Shown: piece after piece, positions 55,676 through 64,000 of the stretch
How positions within the stretch are numbered: position 1 is the stretch's first letter
How the letters are laid out: each line of letters starts with the position of its first letter
NCBI GenBank assembly: GCA_019704295.1
Contig: AP024596.1
Location: 832,001-896,000 of the forward strand
Origin: Sulfolobales archaeon HS-7
GTDB taxonomy: Archaea > Thermoproteota > Thermoprotei_A > Sulfolobales > Sulfolobaceae
Direction: 5' to 3'
Length of the DNA: 64,000 nt
The notes under the pieces: model-generated
Seen by the model: only the letters and a program-made list of their open reading frames with translations
The model's database searches: none
What the model was told of the DNA's origin: nothing
Made by a program: the position numbers and the translations under genes

Positions 55676-56521
55676 TTAAAGAAGCTTCTTTATGTCAAAG
55701 GGCGTTTGAGCCACACTTATATCGGCTTCCTTAAACGCTGTTACCTTGCTCTGGAAACTTCCCATTCCCATATAAACTACAGCACCAGCATGACCCATTC
55801 TTTTTTCCCGAGGCGCAGTGAGACCAGCTATGTAAGCAACTATTTTCTTCTTAATCTTACCTCTCTTAACTAGAGACGCAAGTCGTTCCTCGGACGTACC
55901 TCCAATTTCTCCTATTACTACTATTTTTTCGGTTTCAGGATCTTCCTCAAATGCTAATGCAGCATCGACCAGATCTGTACCTATTATAGGATCTCCTCCT
56001 ACTCCTATTACCGTAGACTGACCTATATGTTTCAAGTCGTTCGCTACCTCATAAGTTAATGTACCAGATCTGGAAGCTATACCTATTTTCCCTTTTTTGA
56101 ATGCCCTTGGTGGCATTATTCCTAAACTTATTTGTTCTGGTACCATAATTCCAGGACAGTTCGGTCCGATAATACGTGCACCTTTATTCTTTGCATATTT
56201 AACAAATCTCATTGTATCAAGTACAGGAATATGTTCTGTTATTACAACTACTAAATTAATCCCGGAATCAAGCGCTTCGTAAACCGCATCAGCAGCAAAT
56301 TTTCCAGGTACAAACACAATGCTTGCCTCTATGTTATGTTCCTTTACTGCATCTGCAACGTTGTCGTACACTGGGATACCTTCTATCTCGGTGCCGCCTT
56401 TTCCTGGTGTAACGCCAGCAACTACTTTAGTACCGTAATTTCGCATTTGCTTTGCATGAAAAGAACCTTCTTTACCTGTTATACCTTGAACTAAAACTTT
56501 TGTATCTTTATTTACGAACGT
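55676..56521 (-). CDS. sucD: Succinate--CoA ligase alpha subunit; probable ACG start
   Basis: [16 protein letters not shown] and MGHAGA. The conserved [15 protein letters not shown] lies upstream of the ORF-track ATG at 56446. Confidence 0.95.
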   Translation of the reverse strand, partial: TFVNKDTKVLVQGITGKEGSFHAKQMRNYGTKVVAGVTPGKGGTEIEGIPVYDNVADAVKEHNIEASIVFVPGKFAADAVYEALDSGINLVVVITEHIPVLDTMRFVKYAKNKGARIIGPNCPGIMVPEQISLGIMPPRAFKKGKIGIASRSGTLTYEVANDLKHIGQSTVIGVGGDPIIGTDLVDAALAFEEDPETEKIVVIGEIGGTSEERLASLVKRGKIKKKIVAYIAGLTAPREKRMGHAGAVVYMGMGSFQSKVTAFKEADISVAQTPFDIKKLL

Positions 56522-57522
56522 ATCGCATCACCTATTGCCTGAAGAGGATCTTCATATGCCTTTATCCCATTTTCTATAAGTATTTTCCTTCCTTCCTCTT
56601 CATTAGTTCCTACTAATCTAACAAATATAGGTTTCCTAACCTCCTTGTAAGCCTCAACTATACCTCGGGCTACTTCATCACACCGGGTAATACCCCCAAA
56701 TATATTTACAACTAGTTTCTTCACTTTCTCATTACTCGCTACCCTGATTATACTCTCTTTTACATGTTCTTTATTAGCTCCTCCTCCTACATCGAGGAAG
56801 TCCGCAGGTTCTCCTCCTGCCAATTTCACCAGATCCATCGTTGACATAGTCAAACCAGCACCATTCCCTATAATTCCAACATATCCTTCTAATTCAACAT
56901 ATCCATCTGATACATTCTCTCTATTGAATTCGCGGAGAATGTCAGGATGTCTATATAAAGCGTTATCTTCCAATATTACCTTAGAATCTAGAGCAACAGG
57001 TCCCCTATCCGTAATAGCCAAGGGATTTATCTCTACTAGTTCTGCCTCGTAAGTTAGGAGAAGATTGTATATACCTTTTACTATTTTATCTAGGCCATTT
57101 ACGCCGAGGTACTTCTCTATCATAGTTACATCGTATGGTCTTACACCTCGTTCTTCAGGAATCTCAAATATTTTTACATTAGTCGCCGACTCTACGTCTA
57201 TTCCTCCTTCAGGGGAGGCAATAATTATGGGCTCTTTCTTATCCCTATCTATCATAGCTGAGATATATACTTCCTTACTATGTGGGATGAATTCCTCGAC
57301 AAGGAAGAGATTATAACCCATTTTCTTAAACTCGCTTATTGTTGTTGCTACATTCTCAGTTACTTTAACGAGGCCTCTTTTCCCTCTCCCTCCCTCTAAC
57401 AGTTGGACTTTTACGACAGCCTTTCCCTCCCATTGTAATGGTTCGCTAATTACCTTACCGTTGGGTATCGGTATTTCCGCTTTAGAAAACAGCCTTTTCC
57501 CTTCATATTCGTATAGTTTCAT
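56512..57522 (-). CDS. sucC: Succinate--CoA ligase beta subunit
   Basis: [25 protein letters not shown] and [10 protein letters not shown]. Confidence 0.96.
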   Translation of the reverse strand: MKLYEYEGKRLFSKAEIPIPNGKVISEPLQWEGKAVVKVQLLEGGRGKRGLVKVTENVATTISEFKKMGYNLFLVEEFIPHSKEVYISAMIDRDKKEPIIIASPEGGIDVESATNVKIFEIPEERGVRPYDVTMIEKYLGVNGLDKIVKGIYNLLLTYEAELVEINPLAITDRGPVALDSKVILEDNALYRHPDILREFNRENVSDGYVELEGYVGIIGNGAGLTMSTMDLVKLAGGEPADFLDVGGGANKEHVKESIIRVASNEKVKKLVVNIFGGITRCDEVARGIVEAYKEVRKPIFVRLVGTNEEEGRKILIENGIKAYEDPLQAIGDAIRS

Positions 57523-57705
57523 ATTTCACCAATGCACTTTGAGTTTTAATTATTAAGGTGTAATTAAGTCGTGACAATGAGACCAATTCAGAAGCAGGGA
57601 GTTCTCCTCATTCTAGTTAAAAGTAAGATTTTTAGAATATTTTTGATGAATAACACTCCATTATAAATAAGATGAGTTTATTAACGTTTATTCATTGATA
57701 ATTGC

Positions 57706-58347
57706 ATGGACGCTAGTATTGCTACGTTAAATATTGAAGAATATCTACAGAAAATACAAGACATGTTATTAGACGAGATTAGGTTTTATTATACAGCTCT
57801 AGTAGATGGGGCATCAATCACCCCAGAAATAATGTATAGTAAAATAAACTCACTAAAGGACCAAATAGAAGAGGAGAAGTACAAACTCAGTGAGTATATT
57901 GCTAAACTCAATCCAGCGCTTGTGGAGAAGGATTTTTACATAAGTATTCTTTCTTCTATGGAGAAAATAGCTCAAAATATAGACTCCGCAGCTTATAGAA
58001 TGTATACAATACTCAGTAAAGGCCTAAAGATTGATAATGTCTCTTTTAACCTAACAGAGAAAATACTAGAAAGGTTAATTGCAGGGGCGAACGATATAGC
58101 ACAAGCTCTAAGGTCACTCTCTCTTACTAACGGGAAAGCTGGGGAATATTGTAGGGCAGTAATCAAGGTTGAAGAGGAAATTGACGAACTTTATAGAAAA
58201 TTAGAATTAATATTGTTCGAAAAGGGGGAGGACAATATCGTGTATTTGATGCTTATGAAAGAGTTAGTGGACAGATTAGAAGATAGTGCAGATCTAGAAA
58301 AAGAAATAGCAGACAATATTACTTATATATCACTTCAACGTGTGTAA
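57706..58347 (+). CDS. DUF47/PhoU-like phosphate transport regulator
   Basis: All-helical; VEEEIDELYR and LVDRLEDSAD repeats. Confidence 0.8.
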   Translation: MDASIATLNIEEYLQKIQDMLLDEIRFYYTALVDGASITPEIMYSKINSLKDQIEEEKYKLSEYIAKLNPALVEKDFYISILSSMEKIAQNIDSAAYRMYTILSKGLKIDNVSFNLTEKILERLIAGANDIAQALRSLSLTNGKAGEYCRAVIKVEEEIDELYRKLELILFEKGEDNIVYLMLMKELVDRLEDSADLEKEIADNITYISLQRV

Positions 58348-58357
58348 CGATTCTTGT

Positions 58358-58945
58358 CTATGTTAATGTCTCTTCATTTACTTTTCCTGTAATGTCAATT
58401 GTTAGGACATCTATTCCGTCCCCAGAAGTTATATCCCTTTCAATAGCAGCCCTTACGCTTTTTATAGCAAGCTCTTTTGCTTTGTTTACGTCAAGGGAAG
58501 AAGAATATTCCGACTCTAGGATGCCTATCGACACTTTTGCTCCAGAACCAACTGCAGCAAAGTTATCCGGTATTAACGAACCGACCGGATCAAGTATATA
58601 TATTGCAGGTCCTACCTCATCAACTCCCCCGAATATTAATTCGGATATAAACGGAGTATACTTATAATTGTATAGTATTACTGATAGTAGTTTAGCCGCT
58701 GCCTTCACAGAAATTTCTCTCCCATTTTCTAGTTTATATCTGTTTATCTCGGACCGCATTATTCGCGATAACGTTTGAAAATCTCCAAAGAGTCCAACTC
58801 CCGCTATACCAAAATTGTTAATTCGAATAACCTTCTTCACGCCCCTACTTAATACATATCCTCCATAGCTCAATCTTCGTTCAGACGCTAATACTACACC
58901 GTCAGTGGCCTTTATTCCTACTGCCGTTGAAGGAAGTTCCTCCAT
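58358..58945 (-). CDS. psmB: Proteasome beta subunit
   Basis: STAVGI...[12 protein letters not shown] and RDITSGDG. Confidence 0.95.
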   Translation of the reverse strand: MEELPSTAVGIKATDGVVLASERRLSYGGYVLSRGVKKVIRINNFGIAGVGLFGDFQTLSRIMRSEINRYKLENGREISVKAAAKLLSVILYNYKYTPFISELIFGGVDEVGPAIYILDPVGSLIPDNFAAVGSGAKVSIGILESEYSSSLDVNKAKELAIKSVRAAIERDITSGDGIDVLTIDITGKVNEETLT

Positions 58946-59025
58946 TTACGAATATACACCAATATTAATTAACTTCTTACGATTATATATCTACTGACCA
59001 TTTCTCCCTTGCAAGTCACTGTTGT

Positions 59026-59661
59026 TTAATGTAAGAAAAGCCATAAAACTAATGCAGAGAATAGGGGTATAGTAATATTATCATCTATTTTAGGCAAAAT
59101 TTCCGCAAAGGTAGCTATAATTGCGGATAATATTCCTAAAAGTCCTAAATAAATGTAGCCTATAACAGATGAGACTATAAGCATGCCTACGGTTCCCCAT
59201 AATCCTTTTACTCTCTTCTTATAGATGTAATTTCTAAGTATTCCAGTCACTCCATCTCCAAACGACATATACATTAAAGGGACGATGGCAACCCATATCT
59301 CCGGCCTCATATTCCAATATTGGTGATTTTGGATCCACAGAACTAGAGGGAGAGTACCAAAAGATAAGGTAAAGAAAATCTCTCCGTAGTTACCCTTTTC
59401 CTGAAACCAATAGAAACCTTTTCTGCCTAATCTAGAGACTAGCAAGACAATAGTAAGCAAGTACGACATTATTATTATTATAAGGGGGGTAGAGAAAACG
59501 AACGGCGCTAGAGTTGCAACTACCCCCCCTCCTAACATGTGAATAATTTTCCTTGATACATACTTATTAGTTCTTTTTTCAACAATCCTTGATATAAAAA
59601 GGGTTACAACGGTAACCCATACTGTTAAAATGATGCCCCACACGATGTTACCAAAAATCAT
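59026..59661 (-). CDS. Dolichol/phytol kinase or cytidylyltransferase-family membrane protein
   Basis: SRKIIHM, FGDG and DDNITIP. Confidence 0.8.
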   Translation of the reverse strand: MIFGNIVWGIILTVWVTVVTLFISRIVEKRTNKYVSRKIIHMLGGGVVATLAPFVFSTPLIIIIMSYLLTIVLLVSRLGRKGFYWFQEKGNYGEIFFTLSFGTLPLVLWIQNHQYWNMRPEIWVAIVPLMYMSFGDGVTGILRNYIYKKRVKGLWGTVGMLIVSSVIGYIYLGLLGILSAIIATFAEILPKIDDNITIPLFSALVLWLFLH

Positions 59662-60188
59662 CTTTATGATTCTACCTACATCGAATTTAAGCTAATCGCC
59701 CGTTACGTACAGAGTTATAAAATTGGGAGGTTCCAAATAGAAAACCATATATTTATGGTGAAGATGAAATAATCCCTTATAGTTAAGTTACGAAAAAGAG
59801 ACGCGTATTACAGTGAAAGTCATCGATGCATATGCGACGTCAAGGGACGTAAGCGAGAATCTACATGATAAGCCTTAGATCCGACCAGTAATCCCATCTG
59901 TGATACTAGGTTTAAGTTTGCTTCCGGGTCGCTGTGATCCTTATAGGCTGTGGTGTCTTCCTTTATTGACAAGGCGCAAATAAGGTGCAAGCACTCTACT
60001 ATGGGGATTGTTTACAAGTGCTAGAGTCAAAGATGCTAGGAGACTACAGCTCGATGAGGGATAATGAAGAAACCATGTATCGTCTAGAAATTAGAGAGAT
60101 TTGATACGCTGTAAATAATATTGTGTGGAGAATGACTCTACCAATTCGGTAATAAATTAATTATCCTAATCTAATATTATCTAGATTA

Positions 60189-60788
60189 ATGCTTCACGTA
60201 CTATATGCGCTCTACATATTGATCGTTGCCGGACATTATACCTCACTTAATTATACAGAAACTCCAAACGGTTCGTATATAACTATTATTGACGCGAATA
60301 ACTCTGTAACGTTACCTCTCCCTATCCCCTTTGAGATATCGCCTAATGGGGAAAACTTAACTTATAAAAATGTGACACTTATTGCCAAACCTATACATCA
60401 AGTAGTAATAAACTTCAACGGAAGGAAAAGAGGAATGCTAATGGACGTTGTTCTCAGAACACCGCAATTTAGAGGTCTAAACTCATCTGTAATAAATGCT
60501 TCTGTTGTGGTGTTCGATAACGGTCTTATATACAATGCTACCGGGAATAATTTTAGTCTAGTATTAATAAAGACAGATTTTTTTACGAATACTATTAATT
60601 TAGATCCTATTTACTATGCTATTCTAATATCCTTAGCAACAATAATTGTTTTCTCATTATCTAAGTTTGGTATACGAAGGAAAAGCAAAAAAGAAGACTA
60701 TACCGATAGACCTCCTTATTGGGTCAGAGCCTCTACCTCTAACCCTCTCCCTCAAGCCGCTAACAAGGACTTTATAACTTCTTTATAA
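60189..60788 (+). CDS. Hypothetical membrane-anchored, putatively N-glycosylated protein
   Basis: Many NxS/T sequons and a C-terminal TM helix followed by a basic tail. Confidence 0.65.
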   Translation: MLHVLYALYILIVAGHYTSLNYTETPNGSYITIIDANNSVTLPLPIPFEISPNGENLTYKNVTLIAKPIHQVVINFNGRKRGMLMDVVLRTPQFRGLNSSVINASVVVFDNGLIYNATGNNFSLVLIKTDFFTNTINLDPIYYAILISLATIIVFSLSKFGIRRKSKKEDYTDRPPYWVRASTSNPLPQAANKDFITSL

Positions 60789-62560
60789 CTCTCTGGTAAG
60801 TAACTCTCTCCAAGGAGAATTATTGCAAGTTGATATGCCGGTAAACTTACTGAACTTCTCAATAGTCTTGAGTATTTCTCATATATCTCATTATCTATGT
60901 CTTTAAACCACTCGATTTGGTATAATATATTTTCAATTTCTTTCTTCTTTTTAATTAACATCCCTAAGTCTTTAACCTCTGCATCTATAATTTTTTTAAC
61001 GTCAATATTCATATATGTAGTTAAATCATTTATTCCCAGTGCCTTTGCTGCTATCGGACATAGTGAAACTTTAGCATCAGTCTTGACTTTGGGTAATCCA
61101 TGACCATTTATCATGTTTATGAACGCACCAGAGCAGTTTCTATCCCCGTCAACTTCTATAAGGCATCCAACATGTACTGTTTCCGCTATGTTTAAGTACG
61201 AATGAAGCAGCTTAACCTCTATGTTTCTACTTTCGAAGACATTTTTCAAGTAATGGTATTCTTCAGGAGTTAGGAAAACTGCAGTCGATACCTCCTTTGG
61301 TACCTGGAATTGAAATCCCTCACGTAACACCCTATTGAAATCTATATTAAGCATTAGTATTCCTACATCTTTGACCTTCTGTTGAATGAAAAGTAATCCC
61401 TTGAGAGCGTAGTCTTTTATAGAGAAAGAGAGAGGGGTAATAACTACTGATACGGGCTTTGGTATATATAACTCAGGTATAGGAGAAAGAGAGAGGTTAG
61501 GAGATATTGTCTTTCTTAGGATTCTGGTAATATCTATGTGGACCGGACAAACGTTATCACATATTCCACATAGATTACAAGTAGCCGTGTCTGGTGACGA
61601 CGATATAAAGAAGCCCATAGGAGTCATGCTCTTGTTATCAGTCTGCTGAAAACGAGGGCATATATTAACACATTTCCCACACATTATACACTCATTCATG
61701 ACAGAATCGTTGTCATCAGAGAATGGATATAGTATTCGAGTGTCAAGTTGTAAAGGCGCTATCGAATATAATGAGAAGTACATACTATTTTTTGAGAATC
61801 TAAAGAAGGCCTTATCAGCTTGAATCAACGAATCAAGCATGTTAATACCGATATTGAGCTCAACCCGACCAAAATACCTATAGTTATGTGGGAACTCAAT
61901 ATTCTCCACAGGATAGCTGGATATACTGCAGTTTTCGGTAAATTTACTCACTAATTTCTCTAGTTCATTAACATAAGTTAAATACAAAGTCAACCCTTCC
62001 TCATCCTTCACAACAGTCACATCTCTGAAGGGAGATATTGGGGAATATAGCTCCTTTAGTATTCTTTTGATATTCTCTAAGTCATTGTTGAGAGAAACAG
62101 TAACCAATTTTCTTTTCTCTTTCTTAATGATAACTGAGTATATTATCCCTCCGCTATACATTCCCTCATTAATTTCCCCGTTAGAGACCTCTTTGACCTT
62201 AACCCTTTTTGAAATACTAAAAAACTGATTATCTCCAAAGCAACCATCATTAAAGAAAACGCTGCCAGCTACCGAAAAGCTTTCATTACAAAAGATTTCT
62301 GGCGAAAACGCCCTAACTTCTCTCCAGGTAGTTCCTGCTAAAACTTCTATTTCATCGTCTTTTTCTAAAATTCCTTTAATGTTGGAGAGATCTAATATAA
62401 AATCCCCTTCGATCCCCCTGCTTAATTCGTATCTAGGTGTAGGACTCTGAAGTGAAGCCGTAATAATATCTGAAATATTCTTTGCCACGATTACTCTAGA
62501 AGGTGGGGGTACTCTCTTATTCCTTGCCACTGCTGAATAAACAATGTTATTGTTCCCCAT
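60752..62560 (-). CDS. FAD-binding/4Fe-4S dicluster oxidoreductase-like protein
   Basis: CIMCGKCVNICP and CNLCGICDNVCP; N-terminal region resembles an FAD-binding domain (LDLSNIKGI, VLAGTTW). Confidence 0.8.
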   Translation of the reverse strand: MGNNNIVYSAVARNKRVPPPSRVIVAKNISDIITASLQSPTPRYELSRGIEGDFILDLSNIKGILEKDDEIEVLAGTTWREVRAFSPEIFCNESFSVAGSVFFNDGCFGDNQFFSISKRVKVKEVSNGEINEGMYSGGIIYSVIIKKEKRKLVTVSLNNDLENIKRILKELYSPISPFRDVTVVKDEEGLTLYLTYVNELEKLVSKFTENCSISSYPVENIEFPHNYRYFGRVELNIGINMLDSLIQADKAFFRFSKNSMYFSLYSIAPLQLDTRILYPFSDDNDSVMNECIMCGKCVNICPRFQQTDNKSMTPMGFFISSSPDTATCNLCGICDNVCPVHIDITRILRKTISPNLSLSPIPELYIPKPVSVVITPLSFSIKDYALKGLLFIQQKVKDVGILMLNIDFNRVLREGFQFQVPKEVSTAVFLTPEEYHYLKNVFESRNIEVKLLHSYLNIAETVHVGCLIEVDGDRNCSGAFINMINGHGLPKVKTDAKVSLCPIAAKALGINDLTTYMNIDVKKIIDAEVKDLGMLIKKKKEIENILYQIEWFKDIDNEIYEKYSRLLRSSVSLPAYQLAIILLGESYLPESYKEVIKSLLAA

Positions 62561-62636
62561 AACTGAGCATAAGTTAACCGTTATACGATTTAAATATTTA
62601 AGTTAGAAATAAGAGTATGTTGTCCAAGTTCCATAA

Positions 62637-62684
62637 GTGATGACGTGACGGTTTTCTGACAGATGAGGAGCGTTCCCTGTCTGA
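62637..62684 (+). ncRNA. C/D-box guide sRNA candidate
   Basis: GTGATGA (C), cgtgacggtttt, CTGA (D'), cag, ATGAGGA (C'), gcgttccctgt, CTGA (D). Confidence 0.85.
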
Positions 62685-62771
62685 TATTTAGGCTCGGCTT
62701 AGCAGATGCATACCTAAACTAATTACTTCGTGTATCATCCTGTAATCAGAAGAATTTTTGGTTAGTAAAAC

Positions 62772-63032
62772 GAGTTAGAGGTTGGAAGACCCTCAGGCGT
62801 GGATAGTCCCTTATATTTGAACATAAGTTAACAGACCAGCTCTTAATAACAGTCACAGATGGGGTAAGCGTTGTCAAGAAGGGTAAGCAAGGGTTGATGT
62901 AGTACGCCTCAACTCTAATTAATGGTCGCTAGGGAACTAACTAAACATCACTTCGCAGCGTTTGTGAAGGCCCTTTACCCATAGCAAGGTGGGGAAGCGG
63001 AGAGCTCCATTTGTGAGGGTAGTAAAGTTCAC
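62772..63032 (+). mobile_element. Decayed IS200/IS605-type non-autonomous element
   Basis: Left-end-like GGAAGACCCTCAGGCGTGGATAGTCCC; ends ...AGTTCAC; collinear with 11479-11759. Confidence 0.65.
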
Positions 63033-63125
63033 TATCCTTAGAAAAATTCCGTAAAGCATGGTAGGGACAGTCTTTACCAAAAAGAATTAACTTAATTAAC
63101 GAATTTCAGCAATATGAATCGCGCA

Positions 63126-63176
63126 ATGATGAGATGAACTCCGAACCGAGCTAATGAGGAACCGTGTGAGTTCTGA
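63126..63176 (+). ncRNA. C/D-box guide sRNA candidate
   Basis: ATGATGA (C), gatgaactccgaa, CCGA (D'), gcta, ATGAGGA (C'), accgtgtgagtt, CTGA (D). Confidence 0.8.
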
Positions 63177-63360
63177 GGTTACTTCTATATTTTAAATAGA
63201 GCTTAACCGCGTGAGAGCAGAAAGGTCGACCACATTCACATACACTGGAAATGAGTTTACCTTGATTGTCAATGGATATAACTACTCTTAGAGGTCTAGA
63301 TGAGCATCTAGCCGGAATATAACCTGTTATTGTCTTTTCCTCCATATAACAACTTCTCAT
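63151..63360 (-). CDS. Small SWIM zinc-finger protein
   Basis: CECGRPFCSH (CxCx(n)CxH). Confidence 0.7.
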   Translation of the reverse strand: MRSCYMEEKTITGYIPARCSSRPLRVVISIDNQGKLISSVCECGRPFCSHAVKLYLKYRSNLRTHTVPH

Positions 63361-63476
63361 TTTAAATAATTGTTATACTCAATTTTAAACCTTTAGTGAA
63401 ATAATGTCCTAACTCTAAAACTCAATTTTTTTAACCAGCATTCTTAGAATTCTGGAACACATTTTCTTCTCTTTAA

Positions 63477-63628
63477 CAGTACTATTATCTCAATTTTACT
63501 AAGAGTAAAACAATTTCTAAAATATGGGAAAATCTCGCTAGCACGACTAGAAATTAGCTAAATTTCCGTAAAACCGCTAAAGAGTCGAATTTTGTATCAG
63601 GAAAAAGTTGTTTAAGTAAGTTTTTACA
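63477..63628 (+). mobile_element. Terminal fragment of an ISH3-like IS
   Basis: Aligns to the reverse complement of ~13080-13219 (CAATTTTACTAA, ATGGGAAAATCTCGCT, GAAATTAGCTAAATTTC). Confidence 0.75.
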
Positions 63629-64000
63629 TGTAACAGTGTCTAATGCGCAATAAATGTTAGTTAGTTTAAAAACTAAATTTTAGGATATGGGAATAACCCA
63701 CCCCACACTGTTCTATTAGGACAATAAGATAGGGGGATTACAAGAGGTGCTACACGCTCAGCCTCTAACATGCCTATGGGAATGACGGGTCCAGAATATT
63801 ATGCACGGTAACATCGTATTTCTTGACGTTCCTAGCCCTATGCAACTATGTTGTTTTCCCCTGTCACCTCATATGTTTAACTATCATAATACCGTATCTA
63901 TTTCTCGTCCTTAGTCCTACGTGCTTTCCCTTGTAAGATTAAACGGCTTTGTTAGCTTCTAAGCTTAAAATATGCAGGAATACCCTTAATAAACGTTGAA
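63629..64000 (+). mobile_element. ISC1217-like IS, copy 3, diverged and truncated by the window edge
   Basis: TIR tgtaacagtgtctaatgcgcaataaatg; gcctctaaca and cttgacgttc shared with copies 1 and 2. Confidence 0.8.

Noticed and set aside
57580-57615. C/D-box sRNA upstream of sucC (ATGAGGA...CTGA on the minus strand)
   Set aside because: Only one box pair is present; the second pair was not found.

Overview
Core-genome segment of a low-GC Sulfolobales (Thermoproteota) archaeon. About 55 housekeeping genes: the C5-methyltransferase/tfe/trm56/hflX/mbf1/pan cluster, tgtA, SmAP3, rpo8, mtnA, thermosome beta, mvk, ychF, rpl15e, carAB, PINA, pdxST, rps26e, proS, the A-type ATP synthase operon, metG, priL, aKMT, PolB1, sucCD and psmB. 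There are two tRNAs (intron-containing Leu-TAA and Arg-TCG) and three unannotated C/D-box sRNA candidates. Almost every long intergenic gap holds decayed mobile DNA from four families: an ISH3-like IS, an ISC1217-like IS with its MITEs, a ~160-bp MITE, and ~280-bp IS200/IS605 (TnpB right-end/omega-RNA-like) non-autonomous elements. There is no CRISPR array, provirus or novel multi-gene system. The most notable observations are: (i) sucD and rpo8 appear to initiate at ACG, each exactly 6 nt after a GGTGA Shine-Dalgarno, and trm56 also lacks a canonical start; (ii) a dispersed family of TnpB-end-like non-coding elements; (iii) two dead IS copies whose 867-bp cores appear identical but whose termini have diverged; (iv) a ThrRS editing-protein homologue that lacks its editing domain. 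All comparisons were made by eye, and family assignments come from recalled motifs, not database searches.
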